Positions 39,281 through 50,952 of a stretch of 64,000 nt of DNA are shown here, piece after piece. The notes beneath the pieces were generated by a model. The model made no database searches and had not been told where the DNA came from. It saw only the letters and a program-made list of their open reading frames with translations. The DNA comes from Gammaproteobacteria bacterium (GTDB lineage Bacteria > Pseudomonadota > Gammaproteobacteria > JBCCGL01): assembly GCA_965277715.1 (NCBI GenBank), contig OZ255836.1, positions 704,001 through 768,000 of the forward strand, written 5' to 3'. Position 1 is the first letter of the stretch. Each line of letters begins with the position of its first letter. The position numbers were made by a program, and so were the translations under genes.

Positions 39281-40033
39281 ATGCAATTTACCCAGGGCAT
39301 AACGCCATTGCCGCGACATATCGCCATTATCATGGATGGCAATGGCCGCTGGGCCAGGCACCAGGGTAAACCCAGAACTGCGGGCCATCAGGCGGGGCTT
39401 AAAGCGACCCGCAATGTGGTGCAAAACTGCGTTGAACTCGGCGTTGAATCGCTCACGCTGTTTGCGTTTAGCAGTGAAAACTGGCGCCGCCCGGATCAGG
39501 AGGTGAGCATATTGATGGACTTGTTTTTGCGCGCCTTGAAAAGCGAGGTTGAGCAGCTACACCAGAATGGTGTTCGCATACGGTTTATCGGTGACCTCAG
39601 CGCGTTTTCGACGAAACTACAAAAACAAATGCACACGGCTGAAAAAACCACCTGTGACAATACCGTGTTAAATTTATCGATTGCGGTTAATTACGGTGGG
39701 CGTTGGGATATTGTTCAGGCAACTAAACAAATCGCACTACTCGTTAAATCCGGTGATTTACTGCTGGAACAGATAGATACTGAGGCGCTGGGCAATCAGA
39801 TTATGCTGAATGATTTACCTGACCCGGATTTACTGATCCGCACCAGTGGAGAACGGCGTATCAGTAATTACCTGCTGTGGCAGATGGCTTATACCGAACT
39901 TTATTTTACCGACACACTGTGGCCAGATTTTGATAAACACGCGCTGCAACAGGCCATTGCCTGGTTTGCTCAGTGCGAGCGGCGCTATGGAAAAACAGGT
40001 GAACAAATGCAACAGGTGAGTCACCATGCTTAA
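39281..40033 (+). CDS. uppS: Undecaprenyl diphosphate synthase
   Basis: HIAIIMDGNGRWA, FSSENWRRP, IRTSGE.RISN. Confidence 0.98.
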   Translation: MQFTQGITPLPRHIAIIMDGNGRWARHQGKPRTAGHQAGLKATRNVVQNCVELGVESLTLFAFSSENWRRPDQEVSILMDLFLRALKSEVEQLHQNGVRIRFIGDLSAFSTKLQKQMHTAEKTTCDNTVLNLSIAVNYGGRWDIVQATKQIALLVKSGDLLLEQIDTEALGNQIMLNDLPDPDLLIRTSGERRISNYLLWQMAYTELYFTDTLWPDFDKHALQQAIAWFAQCERRYGKTGEQMQQVSHHA

Positions 40034-40841
40034 ACACCGGGTTATTACCGCCTGCTGCCTGGCATCGACGTTGCTATGGGCTGTCTATTATTGGTCATTT
40101 AATGCGTTTGCGGGTTTGCTTGCCCTGGTATCACTGGTGTCTTCGTGGGAGTGGTCACGCCTATGTGGTTTGCGCTCCAGTGTGCACCGTGGATTATATG
40201 CGCTGGTTGTGGGCACATTATCGGTTGCACCGGTCTTTTTTTTAATACGCGATCCTGCGCCGTTGTATGTGGCAGGTCCCGGTTTTTTGTTGTGGCTTAT
40301 TATCAGCCTGTTTTTACTGGGTGACCGGGTTCCACAACCGCTTAAAGACCGTATTGATCGCTGGAAAATGCTGTTTGCTGTGCCGTTGTTCTCTGTCGTG
40401 GTATGGGGGTTGGCATGGCTGCGCGATGGCGAACTGGGTAGCCCGCTGCTGTTTATTTACGTTTTCTGTATTGTCTGGCTCGCCGATATAGGGGCTTATT
40501 TTGTAGGCAAACGCTGGGGAAAACACAAACTTGCCCCCAATATCAGCCCTGGGAAAAGCTGCGAAGGCGCACTCGGTGGACTATTGGCCGTGGCTGTATG
40601 GGCCGTGTTATTTGTGTTGATTAATCCATTTCCTTTTTCTGGGGCGGCGCTGTTTTTGGCTTCGATGGTTGCGGCGGTCTTCTCGGTGTTTGGTGACTTG
40701 TTCGAGAGCTATATGAAACGCGCTGCGGGTGTCAAGGACAGTGGTGCAATTCTACCGGGGCACGGGGGCATTTTGGATCGCATTGACAGCTTGCTTGCAG
40801 CGGTGCCCGTGTTTATTTTTATTGTTGTTCTGGGTATTTAA
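40026..40841 (+). CDS. cdsA: Phosphatidate cytidylyltransferase
   Basis: [27 protein letters not shown]. Confidence 0.97.
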   Translation: MLKHRVITACCLASTLLWAVYYWSFNAFAGLLALVSLVSSWEWSRLCGLRSSVHRGLYALVVGTLSVAPVFFLIRDPAPLYVAGPGFLLWLIISLFLLGDRVPQPLKDRIDRWKMLFAVPLFSVVVWGLAWLRDGELGSPLLFIYVFCIVWLADIGAYFVGKRWGKHKLAPNISPGKSCEGALGGLLAVAVWAVLFVLINPFPFSGAALFLASMVAAVFSVFGDLFESYMKRAAGVKDSGAILPGHGGILDRIDSLLAAVPVFIFIVVLGI

Positions 40842-42058
40842 TGCACACCCCGGAAACACAAGGCGCGAAAATGCAAGGTATTGCCATTCTCGGCGCAACC
40901 GGCTCAGTGGGGCTTAGTACGCTGGAGGTTATCGCCCGTCACCCACAGTTGTATCGGGTCGTTGGTTTAGCCGCCAATCGACAGGTTGAGCGTTTATTTC
41001 AACAGTGTGTGGCATTTCAGCCGGATTTTGCTGTTATGCAGGACGCCGATGCCGCCGAACAACTCCGCCGTAAACTGCAATCAGCCGGTATTGCCACGTG
41101 TGTGCAAAGCGGTGATACAGCGCTGTGTGATTTGGCTGCACATCAATCAGTGGACATTGTGATGGCGGCAATTGTCGGTGCGGCGGGCCTGATGTCGACA
41201 CTGTGTGCTGCCCGGGCCGGTAAACGGTTGTTGCTGGCCAATAAAGAAGCCCTGGTTATGTCAGGCCAGTTATTAATGGATGAAGTCGCTGCAAATGATG
41301 CCTGTTTACTGCCTATTGATAGTGAACATAACGCGATTTTTCAATGTGTGTCGCAAGCACAGAGTACGCCTGCGCTCAACGGCGTAAAAAAAATACTGTT
41401 AACCGCCTCTGGTGGGCCGTTTCGCACACTCAATGCAGCGGCACTGCAGCGGGTTACCCCTGAACAGGCGTGTGCACACCCAAATTGGGTGATGGGGCGC
41501 AAAATATCGGTGGACTCATCGACCCTGATGAACAAGGGGTTGGAGGTTATCGAAGCCTGTTGGTTGTTCGCTGTGGATGTCGACAGAATAGAGGTCATAT
41601 TGCACCCGCAAAGTGTTATTCATTCGATGGTGTCCTATGTCGATGGGTCGGTATTAGCCCAACTCGGCAACCCGGATATGCGCACACCGATTGCACACGC
41701 ACTGGCGTGGCCTAAACGCATTGAATCGGGGGTGGAACCTCCCGACTTTCTAACGCTTTCAGCCCTGACCTTCGATACACCTGACACGGATCGGTTTCCC
41801 TGTTTAAGATTGGCCATTGAGACGATGCGGGTAGGCGGTACGGCAACCACCATATTAAATGCCGCGAATGAAGTGGCGGTAGCCGCATTTTTGGATGGTC
41901 GCCTGGCTTTTACCGGGATTCCCGCCCTGATTGAAGATGTGTTGGGGCGAGTGCCTAACCGTGCCCAGCTTACCCTGGAAAATGTGCTGGAAGTGGATCG
42001 GCAAACGCGTGAAGTTGCTGAGGCGCGCCTAACCATTCGACCTGGACGTGTAGCCTGA
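40841..42058 (+). CDS. dxr: 1-deoxy-D-xylulose-5-phosphate reductoisomerase
   Basis: [29 protein letters not shown]. Confidence 0.98.
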   Translation: MHTPETQGAKMQGIAILGATGSVGLSTLEVIARHPQLYRVVGLAANRQVERLFQQCVAFQPDFAVMQDADAAEQLRRKLQSAGIATCVQSGDTALCDLAAHQSVDIVMAAIVGAAGLMSTLCAARAGKRLLLANKEALVMSGQLLMDEVAANDACLLPIDSEHNAIFQCVSQAQSTPALNGVKKILLTASGGPFRTLNAAALQRVTPEQACAHPNWVMGRKISVDSSTLMNKGLEVIEACWLFAVDVDRIEVILHPQSVIHSMVSYVDGSVLAQLGNPDMRTPIAHALAWPKRIESGVEPPDFLTLSALTFDTPDTDRFPCLRLAIETMRVGGTATTILNAANEVAVAAFLDGRLAFTGIPALIEDVLGRVPNRAQLTLENVLEVDRQTREVAEARLTIRPGRVA

Positions 42059-42060
42059 AT

Positions 42061-43431
42061 ATGTTCGATATTATTTTCAACACTATCGCTTTTATTATTG
42101 CACTCGGGGTGTTGATCACCTTCCATGAATTTGGTCATTATTGGGTGGCGCGTAAAGCCGGTGTCAAAGTACTGCGATTCTCAGTTGGTTTTGGCACACC
42201 GCTGTGGAAACGCACCGCTGGGGCAGACAATACGGAGTATGTGCTCGCGGCCATCCCTTTGGGTGGCTATGTGAAGATGCTGGATGAGCGTGAGGGTGAG
42301 GTTGCCGAGGATGAGCGGCACCGCGCATTTAACAATAAATCTGTGCTGAGCCGTTGTGCGATTGTCGTCGCTGGCCCTCTTGCCAATTTTCTGCTCGCCA
42401 TCGTCACCTACTGGTTGATGTTTGTGATTGGCATCAGCGGCATTGTACCGATTGTCGGTGAGATCGAACCGCATAGCATCGCAGCCAGAGCAGGGTTTGC
42501 TGAGCAGGACCGTATTGTCTCTATGGATGGTAAAACAGTGACTACCTGGGAGAGTGTTCGCTTTACGCTGCTCGACAGTAGCCTGGGCGGCGATGGAACA
42601 CGCGTTGCACTGGATGTTGTCGACGAACAGGGCCTGGCACAAACGCGTTATATCAATGAGGATTTCTCCCATCTGTTGGAACAACGGGGCGATCTGGTTA
42701 AAAATATCGGGTTGAGCTATTGGTGGCCACCAGTCGTGCCGGTGATTGCCAGTGTTCAGGCGGGTAGCCCGGCCGATGCAGCGGGTTTACAGGCCGGTGA
42801 TCGCTTTGTTGAACTCAATAAGCAAGCAATTCCAGGTTGGTCTGATCTGGTTAGGTTGGTACGTGCGCAACCTGGCCAACAGGTTGATGTTGTCATTGAG
42901 CGAAATGGTCAGTTGGAAACACTGGCGCTCACCATCGGTGAGCGTGATATTAACGGGGTGAAAACGGGTTTTATTGGCGCCCTGGTAGACCAATCCTCTG
43001 ATGCGCGTGAAAAAATGCGCGCCACAACACGCTATGGTTTAATTGATAGCCTGTCTGCCGCGTTACAGCGCAGTTGGGAAATGTCTGTATTGACGTTGCA
43101 CATGTTGGCAAAACTGGTTACCGGGCAGGCTTCGCTGAGCAATATCAGTGGCCCGTTGACGATAGCGCAATTTGCAGGTCAGTCTGCCGCTATTGGTTTT
43201 GACCACTACCTTAATTTTATTGCCATTATCAGTATTAGCCTCGGTATCCTCAATTTGTTACCCATTCCCGTATTGGACGGTGGGCACTTACTGTTCTATA
43301 TCATCGAATGGGTTAAAGGTGCTCCCTTATCTGAAAAAGTACAGTTATTTGGCCAGCAACTGGGTATTGCGTTATTGGTTGGATTGATGAGCCTGGCTTT
43401 TTATAATGACATTTGGCGCCTGATGCAATGA
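42061..43431 (+). CDS. rseP: RIP metalloprotease RseP
   Basis: HEFGH, two PDZ domains, NLLPIPVLDGG. Confidence 0.98.
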   Translation: MFDIIFNTIAFIIALGVLITFHEFGHYWVARKAGVKVLRFSVGFGTPLWKRTAGADNTEYVLAAIPLGGYVKMLDEREGEVAEDERHRAFNNKSVLSRCAIVVAGPLANFLLAIVTYWLMFVIGISGIVPIVGEIEPHSIAARAGFAEQDRIVSMDGKTVTTWESVRFTLLDSSLGGDGTRVALDVVDEQGLAQTRYINEDFSHLLEQRGDLVKNIGLSYWWPPVVPVIASVQAGSPADAAGLQAGDRFVELNKQAIPGWSDLVRLVRAQPGQQVDVVIERNGQLETLALTIGERDINGVKTGFIGALVDQSSDAREKMRATTRYGLIDSLSAALQRSWEMSVLTLHMLAKLVTGQASLSNISGPLTIAQFAGQSAAIGFDHYLNFIAIISISLGILNLLPIPVLDGGHLLFYIIEWVKGAPLSEKVQLFGQQLGIALLVGLMSLAFYNDIWRLMQ

Positions 43432-43555
43432 CAACAACGTATCGATATAGTAATGGCATTGCAGGGGGGATTACCTCACGCTGGCGAGTGTCTTTTCAGC
43501 GGGCACTGTTGAAAAGCGCCACTCAATATACTACACACGAATCAGAAGCAGCCTT

Positions 43556-45850
43556 ATGAAAAAAAATAAACTGTGGCTACTGTTTGTCGCAATGGGGTTA
43601 CTCAGTGTGTCCCTGTTGGTCACTGCATCCGATACCTTTATTATTTCCACTATTGAAGTGCGTGGCAATACCCGTACCGATGTGGGTACCGTGTTGAACT
43701 ATCTGCCAGTAAAGAGCGGTGATGCCTTTGACGTCAGGGCAGATACCGGTCGGTCTATCCGGGCACTCTATGAAACAGGGTTGTTCGACGACATCAGCCT
43801 ACACCGAAATGGCGATACGTTGATCGTTGAATTGAGCGAGAGGCCGGTAATTGCGACAATCGATATCGAGGGCAATGAAAAAATAGACGATGATGCGCTG
43901 GAAGAATCCCTGAGAAATGAAGGTATCTTTCGTGGGCGCGTATTCAATCGGTCTGTGTTGGAAACAGTGCAGCGCGAATTGCGCCGTTTGTATGCCAGTG
44001 CCGGGAATTATTCGATGCGTATGGAAACCACCGTTGAAAAACTGGAGCGTAACCGGGTCGCTATTTCCATCAATATTTCTGAAGGCAAGGTGGCGACGAT
44101 TCGACACATTAATATCGTCGGCAATACAGTTTTCGAGGACGATGAGTTATTGGATCTGCTCGAATCAGGCCTTGAATCCTCAAACCCTTTCTCCAGTGCG
44201 GATGAGTATTCGCGTATCAAGCTTGAAGGTGATCTGGAGATCCTTCGCTCGTATTACCTCGATAGGGGGTATATCAATTTCACCATCAGCTCGACCCAGG
44301 TATCTATCTCCGCCGATAAAAAGGCGATTTACGTTACGATTAATATCGAGGAAGGGGAGCGCTACACGATTAATCAGGCTTCGCTGTCCGGTGATTTTTC
44401 TGTGCCCAGGGCTGAGCTTGAGTCACTGCTGGAATTCAGCGCGGGCGATACCTTCTCCCGACAGAATGTTATCCGCACGCGAGACGCGATTATCGATAGG
44501 CTTGGTGAGGATTCCTATGCGTTTGCCAACGTCAACGTCTCTACGGATATAGAGCCGGAGAGCAACGCGGTTGATATCACTTTTTTTATTGATGCGGGTA
44601 AGCGTGTTTATATCAACAGGATTGTTTTTACCGGGCACAGTGGCACCAGCGATTATGTTTTTCGGCGGGAAATGCGCCTGGTTGAGGGCGGGCGGTACTC
44701 GCCGAAACACCTGGATCGCTCGCGCATACGCCTGCAAAGGCTCGCCTTTATCAGTGAAGTCAATGTGGAAACCTCTCGTGTTGTCGGCAGTGACGACTTA
44801 ATTGATATTTATATACATTTGCAGGAAGGGGCCAGCGGTTCATTTACAGTCGGCCTGGGGGTTGGTTCCAATGGCCTGATATTCAATGCGGGTATCAGTC
44901 AGGATAATTTTCTGGGCACGGGTAACCGGGTCAGCTTTAATGTCAACAATTCCCGTAGCAACCGGCAATTGTCTGCTGAATATGGCGAATCATTCTATAC
45001 CGTTGACGGCATCAGCCGCACAATCAATGCGTTTCTGCGCGAACGGGATGCCACCGAGATCACCTCGACAACCGATTTTGTCGCCGATAGCTATGGCTTA
45101 GGTTTACGCTATGGTATTCCCTTAACTGAATTTTCTTCAATGAGTGCTGGTTTTAATTTTACTAATACACAGATTACTGCAACAGCGGGCACGTCAAATG
45201 AAATCAGAGCAGAACTCAGCCGGGAGGGCAACGATTTCGATATTTTTACCGTGGATCTCAGCTATGCATTTGATGATCGCAATCGTACCGTTTTTGCTGA
45301 AACAGGTAGCCTTCATCGCATATCCTTATCAGTGGCGGTACCTGGGAGTGATTCGGAGTTTTATAAACTTGGGTATCGTTTGGAATACTATTATCCATTG
45401 ACCAAAAAGCTGGTTTTTTCATTGAATAACCGCACGGATTTTGGCGATGGGTATGGCAGCGATCAGGAACAATTGCCTTTCTTTGAACGGTTTTTTGCTG
45501 GCGGTGTGCGTTCTTTACGGGGTTATCGACAGGGTAGCCTTGGACCACGGGATTCTACCAATGATGCTGCCGGTGGCGACTTTCGTTTCCTGAATACGAT
45601 TGAATTGATTTTTCCACCCACATTTTCGGATATTGAAGGCCAGACACGGGCGAGTTTTTTCACTGATTTTGGCAATGTCTATAACGATATTGATAATTTT
45701 AGATCCAGCGAGTTTCGCGCTACATACGGTTTTTCCTTTGTGTGGCTGGCGCCGATTGGCCCCTTAACATTCAGTCTGGCAAGACCCTACCAGAGTGAAC
45801 CCGGTGACTCGCTACAGACCTTTCAGTTTACCCTTGGGTCAGTTTTTTAG
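43556..45850 (+). CDS. bamA: Outer membrane protein assembly factor BamA
   Basis: POTRA repeats, LRGY motif, C-terminal FQFTLGSVF. Confidence 0.97.
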   Translation: MKKNKLWLLFVAMGLLSVSLLVTASDTFIISTIEVRGNTRTDVGTVLNYLPVKSGDAFDVRADTGRSIRALYETGLFDDISLHRNGDTLIVELSERPVIATIDIEGNEKIDDDALEESLRNEGIFRGRVFNRSVLETVQRELRRLYASAGNYSMRMETTVEKLERNRVAISINISEGKVATIRHINIVGNTVFEDDELLDLLESGLESSNPFSSADEYSRIKLEGDLEILRSYYLDRGYINFTISSTQVSISADKKAIYVTINIEEGERYTINQASLSGDFSVPRAELESLLEFSAGDTFSRQNVIRTRDAIIDRLGEDSYAFANVNVSTDIEPESNAVDITFFIDAGKRVYINRIVFTGHSGTSDYVFRREMRLVEGGRYSPKHLDRSRIRLQRLAFISEVNVETSRVVGSDDLIDIYIHLQEGASGSFTVGLGVGSNGLIFNAGISQDNFLGTGNRVSFNVNNSRSNRQLSAEYGESFYTVDGISRTINAFLRERDATEITSTTDFVADSYGLGLRYGIPLTEFSSMSAGFNFTNTQITATAGTSNEIRAELSREGNDFDIFTVDLSYAFDDRNRTVFAETGSLHRISLSVAVPGSDSEFYKLGYRLEYYYPLTKKLVFSLNNRTDFGDGYGSDQEQLPFFERFFAGGVRSLRGYRQGSLGPRDSTNDAAGGDFRFLNTIELIFPPTFSDIEGQTRASFFTDFGNVYNDIDNFRSSEFRATYGFSFVWLAPIGPLTFSLARPYQSEPGDSLQTFQFTLGSVF

Positions 45851-45937
45851 TGGTTAAATTAACAATACAGTCTTTCATCGACAACACTTTGCCTTATAAT
45901 TATGGTCTTATAGTGCGCGATTGACAGGAGTATAGGT

Positions 45938-46450
45938 TTGAGAACAATTTTTATTATTGGCCTGATTTGCGGTCTTTTTTCGACTCCGATAATGGCAAAA
46001 GAACTTGTTATTGGCTTTGTCGATGTGCCGCGCCTTATTGACAAATCACCTCAGTCACTGGCGGCGGGTACACGGCTTGAAAAAGAGTTTGCACCGCGTC
46101 AAAACCGGCTTAAGGCCGAACGTAGCAAACTCAAGAAAATGAGTGATAAGCTGGAAAAAGAAGCACTGGTGATGACCAATACCCAGCGCTCACAGTTGGA
46201 GCTGGATATTCGCAAGCTTGAGCGGAGTCTAAAACGCGACGAACAGGATTTTCGTGAAGAGCTGAATATCAAGAAGAATAATGAATTTAAAAAGGTGCGC
46301 CAACTGGTACTGAAATCGATCCTACAGTTCGCCAAAAGAGACGAATACGATTTGATTCTGAGTGAAGGCGTGGTATTTGCGCACAAACGCATTGATATCA
46401 CTGAACAGATTATCAAAATAATGACGGAACTTGATCGATCGGGTAGCTAG
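45938..46450 (+). CDS. skp: Skp/OmpH chaperone
   Basis: Signal peptide, IGFVD, coiled coil, DIT; position after bamA. Confidence 0.93.
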   Translation: MRTIFIIGLICGLFSTPIMAKELVIGFVDVPRLIDKSPQSLAAGTRLEKEFAPRQNRLKAERSKLKKMSDKLEKEALVMTNTQRSQLELDIRKLERSLKRDEQDFREELNIKKNNEFKKVRQLVLKSILQFAKRDEYDLILSEGVVFAHKRIDITEQIIKIMTELDRSGS

Positions 46451-46511
46451 TGTCTCGCAACCGGTTTATCCACAGTGATCGAGAGCACTCCCTAGGTTAG
46501 CCGAAAAAAAA

Positions 46512-47549
46512 ATGTCTATTACCAGCGGTGATATTGCCAACAAACTGGGTGTTTCACTGGTAGGTGATAAATCGGTAGAAATCACGCATGTTGCGCCACT
46601 CTATCGGGCGGGGGCGCAGTCGCTCACTTTTATTAATCATTCACGCTTTATACCTCAGCTCCAAAGCACTGGCGCCTCGCTGGTTATACTCAAACCTGAA
46701 TGGGCATTACACAATAGCAATGCCAGTATTATTGTCGATAACCCCTATGCGTATTACGCACGGGCCGCAACCATTCTCTATCCACGTGAGCGCCCTTCTA
46801 CGGGCATTCACCCCAGTGCGGTCATTGCCCCCAGTGCGACTATAAGCGGGCAGGTTTCTGTCGGTGTTAATAGCTCTATTGCCGATGGGGTCTCTATTGG
46901 TAAGGGTGTTGTGATTGGCGCTGGCTGCCGTATTAGTGAAAATGTGCGTATAGGTGACAATACTGTACTCAGAGGCAATGTCGTGGTCGAGCATGAGTGT
47001 CAGATTGGGCAGCAGTGCTTATTGCAGTCCGGTGTCGTCATCGGTAGTGATGGGTTTGGTTATGCACAAGACAACGGGCAGTGGGTGCCTATACCGCAGG
47101 TGGGTCGCGTATTAATCGGCGACCGGGTTGAAATTGGTGCGAACACCACGATTGATCGTGGCGCATTAGACGATACGGTGATTGAAGAAGGCGTGATACT
47201 CGATAACCAGATTCAAGTGGCGCACAATGTCTGTATCGGGAAAAACACAGCGATTGCTGGCTGCGTGGGCATTGCCGGCAGTGCAAAAATAGGCCAACGC
47301 TGTACTATAGGCGGCGCAAGCACGGTGCTGGGTCACTTGGAGATTGTTGACGATGTGCATATCAATGCGATGTCACTGGTGGCTTCATCAATTAAACAGC
47401 CGGGGTGTTACTCATCGAGTACCCCCCATGATGAAGCGAATCAATGGCGGAAAAATTTTGCACGTTTTCGCCACCTCGACAAAATGGCAAAACGCCTTAA
47501 AGCGGTTGAAAAAAAGTCGCAACAACTTGAACAAAAATTTAATTTATAG
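46512..47549 (+). CDS. lpxD: UDP-3-O-acylglucosamine N-acyltransferase
   Basis: Hexapeptide repeats, IGSDGFG, TIDRG, QVAHN. Confidence 0.98.
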   Translation: MSITSGDIANKLGVSLVGDKSVEITHVAPLYRAGAQSLTFINHSRFIPQLQSTGASLVILKPEWALHNSNASIIVDNPYAYYARAATILYPRERPSTGIHPSAVIAPSATISGQVSVGVNSSIADGVSIGKGVVIGAGCRISENVRIGDNTVLRGNVVVEHECQIGQQCLLQSGVVIGSDGFGYAQDNGQWVPIPQVGRVLIGDRVEIGANTTIDRGALDDTVIEEGVILDNQIQVAHNVCIGKNTAIAGCVGIAGSAKIGQRCTIGGASTVLGHLEIVDDVHINAMSLVASSIKQPGCYSSSTPHDEANQWRKNFARFRHLDKMAKRLKAVEKKSQQLEQKFNL

Positions 47550-47638
47550 CGTGAGTTTGTAGACTGTTATTTGCCTGAATGCCAGTTAATTCAGCATTCT
47601 TAGTCATGGCTTCAGACGCAGGTTTTAGGGGACACAAT

Positions 47639-48088
47639 TTGCCAGATTTTACGATAAACGAAGTACTGAAATATCTGCCTCACCGCTACCCGTTTTTGTT
47701 AATTGACCGGGTGATGGAATACGAGCAGGGGGTTCGGCTCAAAGCGGTTAAAAATGTCACCTATAATGAGCCATTTTTTCAAGGACATTTTCCTATCAAA
47801 CCTATTTTTCCGGGTGTGATGATTATTGAGGCGATGGCTCAGGCAACGGCAATCCTCTCATTGCGCACACGTGGTGGGTATCCGGCTGAAGGCGAATTAT
47901 ATTTATTGGTTGGCATCGACAATGCACGCTTTAAACGCCAGGTGGAGCCGGGTGATCAACTGACTATCGATGTCAATATTGTGCGTGGAAAACGCGGTAT
48001 ATGGTGTTATCAGGGAGTGGCCAGTGTCGATGGGCAATTAGCCTGCTCGGCAGATTTAATGGGTGCATTTAAAAAGGTTGAGGTTTGA
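47639..48088 (+). CDS. fabZ: 3-hydroxyacyl-ACP dehydratase
   Basis: LPHRYPFLLIDRV, GHFP..PGV.IIEAMAQ; probable TTG start at 47639. Confidence 0.97.
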   Translation: MPDFTINEVLKYLPHRYPFLLIDRVMEYEQGVRLKAVKNVTYNEPFFQGHFPIKPIFPGVMIIEAMAQATAILSLRTRGGYPAEGELYLLVGIDNARFKRQVEPGDQLTIDVNIVRGKRGIWCYQGVASVDGQLACSADLMGAFKKVEV

Positions 48089-48855
48089 TTCACGCCTCCG
48101 CCATTGTCGACGCCACTGCAATTGTTGCCGATGATTGTGATATCGGACCGTTTTGCACAATTGGCGCAGGTGTGGAAATTGGCAGTGGTACAACAATACA
48201 TTCGCACGTGGTGATCAAAGGGCCGACCACCATTGGCAGGAACAATACCATCTATCAATTTGCCTCAGTGGGCGAAGCGCCACAGGACTTGAAATACGCA
48301 GGCGAACCAACGCGATTGATCATAGGGGACAATAATGTCATTCGCGAATACGTGACCTTACACCGTGGCACGGTGGATGGCGGGGGGGTTACCCGCCTTG
48401 GCAATGGCAACCTGTTAATGGCCTACGCCCATGTGGCGCACGATTGCATCATCGGCGACGGTGTTATTATGTCAAACGCCGCCTCGATTGCCGGGCATGT
48501 AACATTGGGAGACCAGGCCATTCTTGGTGGTTTTACCTGTGTCCACCAGTTTACCCGGATCGGCCCGCACAGTTTTTCTGGATTGGGCACAGTGATTAAC
48601 CGTGATGTCCCACCGTTTATTAGCGTTGCAGGCAACCATGCGCGTGCCGTTAGTATTAACAAAAAAGGGCTACAGAGGCGGGGTTTTAGCGATGAGACAA
48701 TTGCCGCTCTACACAAAGCATTCAGAGCGTTGATAAAATCGCGTTCGTCGCGTGTTCTGGCTTTAGAACAGCTTGACGCACTAATAACAACATTTCCCGA
48801 GGTTCGCCAGTTTGTCGACTTTATTGTCTCAAGCCAACGCAGCGTTGTGCGTTAA
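48085..48855 (+). CDS. lpxA: Acyl-ACP:UDP-GlcNAc(3N) acyltransferase
   Basis: PQDLKY, HVAHDC, VHQF. Confidence 0.97.
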   Translation: MIHASAIVDATAIVADDCDIGPFCTIGAGVEIGSGTTIHSHVVIKGPTTIGRNNTIYQFASVGEAPQDLKYAGEPTRLIIGDNNVIREYVTLHRGTVDGGGVTRLGNGNLLMAYAHVAHDCIIGDGVIMSNAASIAGHVTLGDQAILGGFTCVHQFTRIGPHSFSGLGTVINRDVPPFISVAGNHARAVSINKKGLQRRGFSDETIAALHKAFRALIKSRSSRVLALEQLDALITTFPEVRQFVDFIVSSQRSVVR

Positions 48856-48879
48856 CACACCCTATCGGCACCCCATTGC

Positions 48880-49833
48880 GTGAAAACACAAGCGCTTTCG
48901 AACATTCGAACGGCTGTTATTGGCGCGGGTTATCTCGGTAAATTTCACGCTGAAAAGTACGCAACACTACCACAGGCTTCACTGGTTGGTATTGCCGATA
49001 CGAATGCGGATAATGCGCGAAAGATTGCCGGTCAATATACCGTTCCCGCCTATACCGACTACCGCGATTTATTGGGTAAAGTTGATGCCGTCAGTATTGC
49101 TGCACCCACCACATTGCATTTTGAAATAGCCGAGGCCTGTCTACTCAGTGGTGTGCATGTATTGGTTGAGAAGCCGATTACAGTGACAATTGATGAAGCC
49201 GATGCCCTGATCGACATTGCGCGTCAAAAAAAATGCATACTGCAGGTTGGGCATATGCAGCGCTTTCACCCGGCCTTGTTGGAACTGGATACGCTGTTGT
49301 GCCGCCCTACATTTATTGAAACGCATCGTCTGGCACCGTTCAATCCGCGTGGTACTGACGTTAATGTGGTGTTGGACCTGATGATTCACGATATCGATAT
49401 AGTCTTGAATCTGGTCGATGCCGGTGTTGCCAGCATTGCCGCCAGTGGTGCCTGTGTTTTATCTGACTCTATCGATATTGCCAATGTGCGGCTCAATTTT
49501 GACGATGGTTGCGTGGCCAATATTACGGCCAGCCGGGTTAGCCAGAAGACCGAGCGCAAGATGCGTATTTTTCAGCAGCACCAATGCCTTTCGGTGGATC
49601 TGTACCAACACCGGCTGACGAATTATTTTCGCAGCCATCACCCGGATTCAGCGCAAACTGCCACGATTGCCAGCCACACCAGTGAATACCAAAACAATGA
49701 TGCGCTGAAAGTACAAATAGCGTCTTTTCTCGATTGTGTGCGGCATACCCGCAGGCCCTTAGTCGCTGGAGAGGATGGCCGTCGTGCGCTGGCGACGGCT
49801 ATGGAAATTACCCGTATGATTTCAGCGGATTAA
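48880..49833 (+). CDS. gnnA: Gfo/Idh/MocA oxidoreductase, probable UDP-GlcNAc 3-dehydrogenase
   Basis: GAGYLGKFH, VEKP, DLMIHD, TASRVS; between lpxA and lpxB. Confidence 0.8.
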   Translation: MKTQALSNIRTAVIGAGYLGKFHAEKYATLPQASLVGIADTNADNARKIAGQYTVPAYTDYRDLLGKVDAVSIAAPTTLHFEIAEACLLSGVHVLVEKPITVTIDEADALIDIARQKKCILQVGHMQRFHPALLELDTLLCRPTFIETHRLAPFNPRGTDVNVVLDLMIHDIDIVLNLVDAGVASIAASGACVLSDSIDIANVRLNFDDGCVANITASRVSQKTERKMRIFQQHQCLSVDLYQHRLTNYFRSHHPDSAQTATIASHTSEYQNNDALKVQIASFLDCVRHTRRPLVAGEDGRRALATAMEITRMISAD

Positions 49834-49845
49834 CTGGATATTACT

Positions 49846-50940
49846 ATGATCCCGATGGTCGACCTGCAAGGTCAATATCAAATACTGAAAACTGAAATAG
49901 ATGCGGCACTTGCCGTGGTGTTGGATAATGCCCATTACATCCTCGGCCCCAATGTCACTGCTTTTGAACAAGAAGCCGCCGCATACATTGGCTGCAAACA
50001 TGCCATTAGCTGTGCCTCCGGAACAGATGCGCTACAACTGGCACTATGCGCTGCGGGCATCGGTCCAGGCGATGAAGTGATTACCACACCGTTTACGTTT
50101 ATTGCGACAGCCGAAGCCATTTGTTACACCGGCGCTACACCCGTATTTGTCGATATTCTGCCGGGCACCTTTAATATTGACCCCGAGGCTGTTGCCGCAG
50201 CGATTACACCGAGAACGCGTGCAGTGCTCCCTGTACACTTATTTGGACAACCCGCTGATTTACTGGCGATCCAGGCAGTGTGTGAACAACACCAACTGCT
50301 ACTTATTGAAGATTGTGCCCAATCGTTTGGGGCTGCCATCAATGGCAGGATGACAGGTGCGTTTGGTTTATTTGGATGCTATAGCTTTTTTCCAAGCAAA
50401 AACCTCGGTTGCTATGGAGACGGTGGCCTACTGGTCTGCGATGATGATGATATGGCTGAGCAGTGCCGGGTGTTGCGCAACCACGGGAGTAAACAGCGTT
50501 ATTACCACGATGTGATTGGCTACAACAGCCGTCTTGACGAGATTCAGGCGGCGGTGTTGCGGATTAAATTACAACGAATCGATGCATATAACGCGCAGCG
50601 TCGCAGAGTGGCGGCCCGCTATACTGAAAAATTGACATCGGCTAATGTAGTGGCGCCGCTTGAAGACGGTATAGGGGTACATGTTTACCATCAATACACA
50701 CTATTGAGTGAGCGGCGCGAAAGGATCATATCGGCATTGCGCCATGCGGATATTGCCAGCGCGATTTACTACCCGGTGCCATTGCATCAACAACGTGCGT
50801 TTGCCGATAGTGCTATCACCGCGCAGGGTTTTGAGCATACAGAATATACCGCATCCCATTGCGTTTCCCTGCCGATGTACCCTGAATTAACTGAACAGCA
50901 GATTGAACAAATTACCGATCTAGTCGTAGCGTCTGCCTGA
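49846..50940 (+). CDS. gnnB: DegT/DnrJ aminotransferase, probable GnnB
   Basis: EDCAQ, SFFPSKNLG, NSRLDEIQAA; lpxA-gnnA-gnnB-lpxB synteny. Confidence 0.8.
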   Translation: MIPMVDLQGQYQILKTEIDAALAVVLDNAHYILGPNVTAFEQEAAAYIGCKHAISCASGTDALQLALCAAGIGPGDEVITTPFTFIATAEAICYTGATPVFVDILPGTFNIDPEAVAAAITPRTRAVLPVHLFGQPADLLAIQAVCEQHQLLLIEDCAQSFGAAINGRMTGAFGLFGCYSFFPSKNLGCYGDGGLLVCDDDDMAEQCRVLRNHGSKQRYYHDVIGYNSRLDEIQAAVLRIKLQRIDAYNAQRRRVAARYTEKLTSANVVAPLEDGIGVHVYHQYTLLSERRERIISALRHADIASAIYYPVPLHQQRAFADSAITAQGFEHTEYTASHCVSLPMYPELTEQQIEQITDLVVASA

Positions 50941-50952
50941 CGGCCTGCTCGC

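Noticed and set aside
43485-43524. Hairpin between rseP and bamA
   Set aside because: Single imperfect stem; no second copy in the window and no recognisable RNA family
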